Below are positions 8,526 to 11,136 of a stretch of DNA of 11,136 nt, piece after piece. The DNA is from Paraphysomonas bandaiensis. Its lineage: Eukaryota > Protista > Chrysophyceae. The notes below the pieces were generated by a model. The model did no database searches. It saw only the letters and a list, made by a program, of their open reading frames with translations, and was not told where the DNA came from. The position numbers and the translations under genes were made by a program. Position 1 is the stretch's first letter. The number at the start of each line of letters is the position of its first letter. The stretch is from assembly GCA_965644295.1 (NCBI GenBank), contig CBFFRP010000220.1, positions 1 through 11,136 of the forward strand, written 5' to 3'.

Positions 8526-10182
8526 ATGGATTTGACTCTTCGACTGTTTATCGTTTCATTGGCAGCTATGGTTAAGATATTTCTCGTGTCGTTGACGGGT
8601 GTAGTATGTGCCAAGTATCCCTCATCAGAGCCTCTGCTGCAGACTCAGGCACTTCGTCACTTGTCACGAATAAGCACATATGTTCTCGTGCCTTGTTTGA
8701 TCACTACTTCCATCGGGTATAACTTATCTGTGGAGCTGTTGATGCAGTATGGTGTGCTCATACCAGCGTGTATGATGACGATAGGTGTGTCGTATGCATT
8801 CGGATATATACTAAAGTTTATCCACGAAGATAACCCAAAACTTTATGCTTCGTCCTTTGCCACTGTTGGTAGCCCGAACATTATAGCACTGCCAATCATT
8901 GTGATGCAATCTCTCTGTGAAGAGTCTACTGTAAATGCCGATTATCATGACGATCCCCAGGAATGTTCACAAGTGGCTAATTCAATGATGTTCATATATG
9001 CAATTGGGTTTAGTCTTATATTTTGGAGTTACGGTACGTCGACCTTAGCTTCACTAAACGACTACGATGAAAGCAGTACCCGAACCAGAACCAGAAGTAG
9101 AAGTAGAAGCGGAAGTTTGGAAGGAATAGAGTTTTACCGTAAAACTGCCTTGAAAATGTACAGCATATTACAACAACCATCTCTACTTGGTATATATGCT
9201 GGGCTTTTCGTTGGGCTAATACCATCTCTCGGTGACCTTCTGTTTCACAAGTTTTCTGTCCTCAGGCCTATGGGGGGAGCTTTGATGGTTTTGGCATCAC
9301 CCGTGGTTTGCCTGAGTATGCTAATAATGAGTGCTTCTCTAGCGCATATCAATGTTGACTGGAGCGTAATTTTAAAAGGTAGTATTGCCGTAGGTTAGTA
9401 TCGTCATATTAATATTGACTGTGCAGATATAAAGAACAAAGTACTATCCCCAAGCATAGAAATGACTTCCATAAATGATGACGAAAACCAATCGTCGCAC
9501 AGCGATCCTAATGTATTAGCTATCGATGAATCACAGTTATGCTTATCCAATGGTGTGAGACGAAGTGATGCCGGGACAGAAGCCGCTAGTGGTTATATGG
9601 ATGTAGTTGCTACAGGAGAGGACGGTACAACAGTGGCACAATTGACCCCTTCGGAAGACCTAGATAGTGAAAATTCCTTCAGCGTTGACAGTAGCAAGCA
9701 GATTGACAGTATGCCACAGTGGCGGTCAGTAATTTTTATAATTCTCTGCAGGTATGCACTCGTATAAGAGTATATAATTACTTTACTCAACTGCATATCC
9801 GGTAACTTAACGTAGATTGTGTACAAGATATATGACTTTAGCGTGTGTTGAGATACACTCGAGAACATGTGGTTCAATTTTCTTCTTGTTTGCTAACTTT
9901 CTCTTTTATTTCAGGACTGTATTACCTCCAATAATTGTTCTGCCCGTTCTCTTCATGTGTGTTAAGGTAGGTGTGATCGGTGAGAGTCACCGACTTCTTC
10001 AACTTTTAATAATTGTCGAGGCGGGTTCTCCTCCTGCCAATATGGTGATAGTAGTTCTTAACCAGCTGGGATTTCATTCCGTAGCAAGTAAGGTTTCATA
10101 TACTTATGTTTTTACATATTTATTTAGCATTATATCAATTACTATATGGGCAACAATAGGGATGAGAATGATTTATTTTTGA
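8526..10182 (+). CDS. PILS: PIN-LIKES (PILS) / auxin efflux carrier family membrane transporter, about 481 aa, 3 exons
   Basis: Exons 8526-9378, 9427-9751 and 9915-10182 with GT-AG introns of 48 and 163 nt in compatible phases. About 10 hydrophobic helices. Family-like motifs: LSRISTYVLVPCLI, PNIIALPIIVMQSLC, FSLIFWSYG, RTVLPPII, EAGSPPANMV, YLFSIISITIW. The substrate is unknown. Confidence 0.88.
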
Positions 10183-10620
10183 TATATGTAGCTTAGTGTG
10201 TTGGCATATATCAGAACTTTTAATACGACAACTAACTCAAGAAGTGCAATGATTTTATATGCGCAGCCTCGATTCAACTTCCCATATTTCTAATCAACTG
10301 ACCTCATGTTGTATTGACAGTACATATGCGTACATTGCACATTATCTTGTTCACGAGGCCTTTATAAAAGCCAATTCAGAATAGACAAAATGATTGTGTT
10401 GAGAGGATGACGTATTCACACATTGCTTGGATGGTGGACGCACACTCTACATACTTTATGACGCTAGTGTCGTCTTTACTGATCATTTACTAGTTCAATG
10501 TTCAATCCCATAATTTAAATGTGACAAATACGTTTAAAAAAAACGGGGAGGAGAGGACAAGGACAAGCCTTTTTCTACCCCACATGCCCCTCAAGGGGCC
10601 TCTTCTCTTCGAGTGTTTCC

Positions 10621-10643
10621 AATTACAACCTTCGGTTGTAATT
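10621..10643. other. Perfect hairpin, 10-bp stem with a 3-nt loop
   Basis: AATTACAACC-TTC-GGTTGTAATT. Confidence 0.9.
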
Positions 10644-10672
10644 CCTTCTCTTTGTGAGTTTAACTTATAACT

Positions 10673-10737
10673 TATTATTAATAACTTTTAATTACTTTAT
10701 ATATTATTAATAACTTTTAATTACTTTATATATTATT
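10673..10737. repeat. 29-bp AT-rich tandem duplication (about 2.2 copies)
   Basis: TATTATTAATAACTTTTAATTACTTTATA at 10673-10701 and 10702-10730. An internally deleted third copy lies at about 10754-10779. Confidence 0.9.
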
Positions 10738-10790
10738 TATATTCTTAAATAAAATTAATAACTTTATATATTATTTATAATGTTTATAAT

Positions 10791-10961
10791 AAAAAGTAAT
10801 ATAGATAGTAAAGTAGATTTAATAAGTAGATTTAATAGTAGATATAGGGGGAGGGAAAAATTAAAATGAAAAATAATTTAAATTTGTAAAGGTTGTAAAA
10901 CCCCGGGATTCTACCATTAAAACTACTTATTAAATCTACTTTGTTATCTATATGACTTTTT
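10791..10961. repeat. 52-bp inverted repeat with a 67-nt spacer
   Basis: Arms 10791-10842 and 10910-10961 have 47 of 52 positions Watson-Crick complementary without gaps. The left arm contains the 13-bp tandem AGTAGATTTAATA x2. Confidence 0.9.
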
Positions 10962-10981
10962 TATAATAATGTATAATGGCA

Positions 10982-11080
10982 ATGCTTAAAGCTCTGGAAT
11001 GTAGTTGTAGTGATATAATGGCGAATATGCTTAAAGCTCTGGAATGTAGTTGTAGTGATATAATGGCGAAGCTTTAAGCA
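10982..11080. repeat. 45-bp tandem duplication closed by an 11-bp inverted repeat
   Basis: ATGCTTAAAGCTCTGGAATGTAGTTGTAGTGATATAATGGCGAA occurs identically at 10982 and 11027. AGCTTTAAGCA (11070-11080) is the reverse complement of TGCTTAAAGCT at the start of each unit. Confidence 0.92.
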
Positions 11081-11136
11081 AAAACGTCCCAATTTTTATA
11101 TAAAAACCTTGATTTCACAATTTTATAAAAATATAT

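Noticed and set aside
8031-10182. Functional link between the transporter and the chromatin gene
   Set aside because: Head-to-head adjacency is common in compact eukaryotic genomes, and nothing in the sequence supports a shared pathway.
10586-10650. Hairpins as bacterial rho-independent terminators
   Set aside because: There is no proper U-tract and no adjacent prokaryotic-type gene; the locus has spliceosomal introns.
10982-11070. Direct repeats as a CRISPR array
   Set aside because: There are only two adjacent copies with no unique spacers, no cas genes, and the context is eukaryotic.

Overview
Eukaryotic nuclear DNA with short GT-AG introns (many 48-62 nt). The lineage looks protist-like, possibly stramenopile, but that is a guess. 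From left to right the window holds five elements. (1) The 3' end of a Ty1/copia-type LTR retrotransposon: polypurine tract at 107-115 and a 371-bp LTR at 116-486 bounded by 9-bp inverted termini. (2) A 10-exon minus-strand gene (8030->786, about 2,110 aa) for a large chromatin-reader/scaffold protein with the order PZP - Ada3-like region - PZP - PZP - BRPF/JADE-type helix - atypical bromodomain - degenerate Zn finger - Tudor. (3) A perfect (TACA)41 microsatellite in the 495-bp divergent intergenic region. (4) A 3-exon plus-strand PILS/auxin-efflux-carrier family transporter (8526->10182, about 481 aa). (5) An AT-rich non-coding end (about 10530-11136) packed with hairpins, a 52-bp inverted repeat and tandem duplications. 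The most interesting inference is an apparent Ada3 (SAGA/ATAC HAT module) domain fused into a triple-PZP NuA3/BRPF-like scaffold. All domain calls are by-eye motif recognition; no searches were run.
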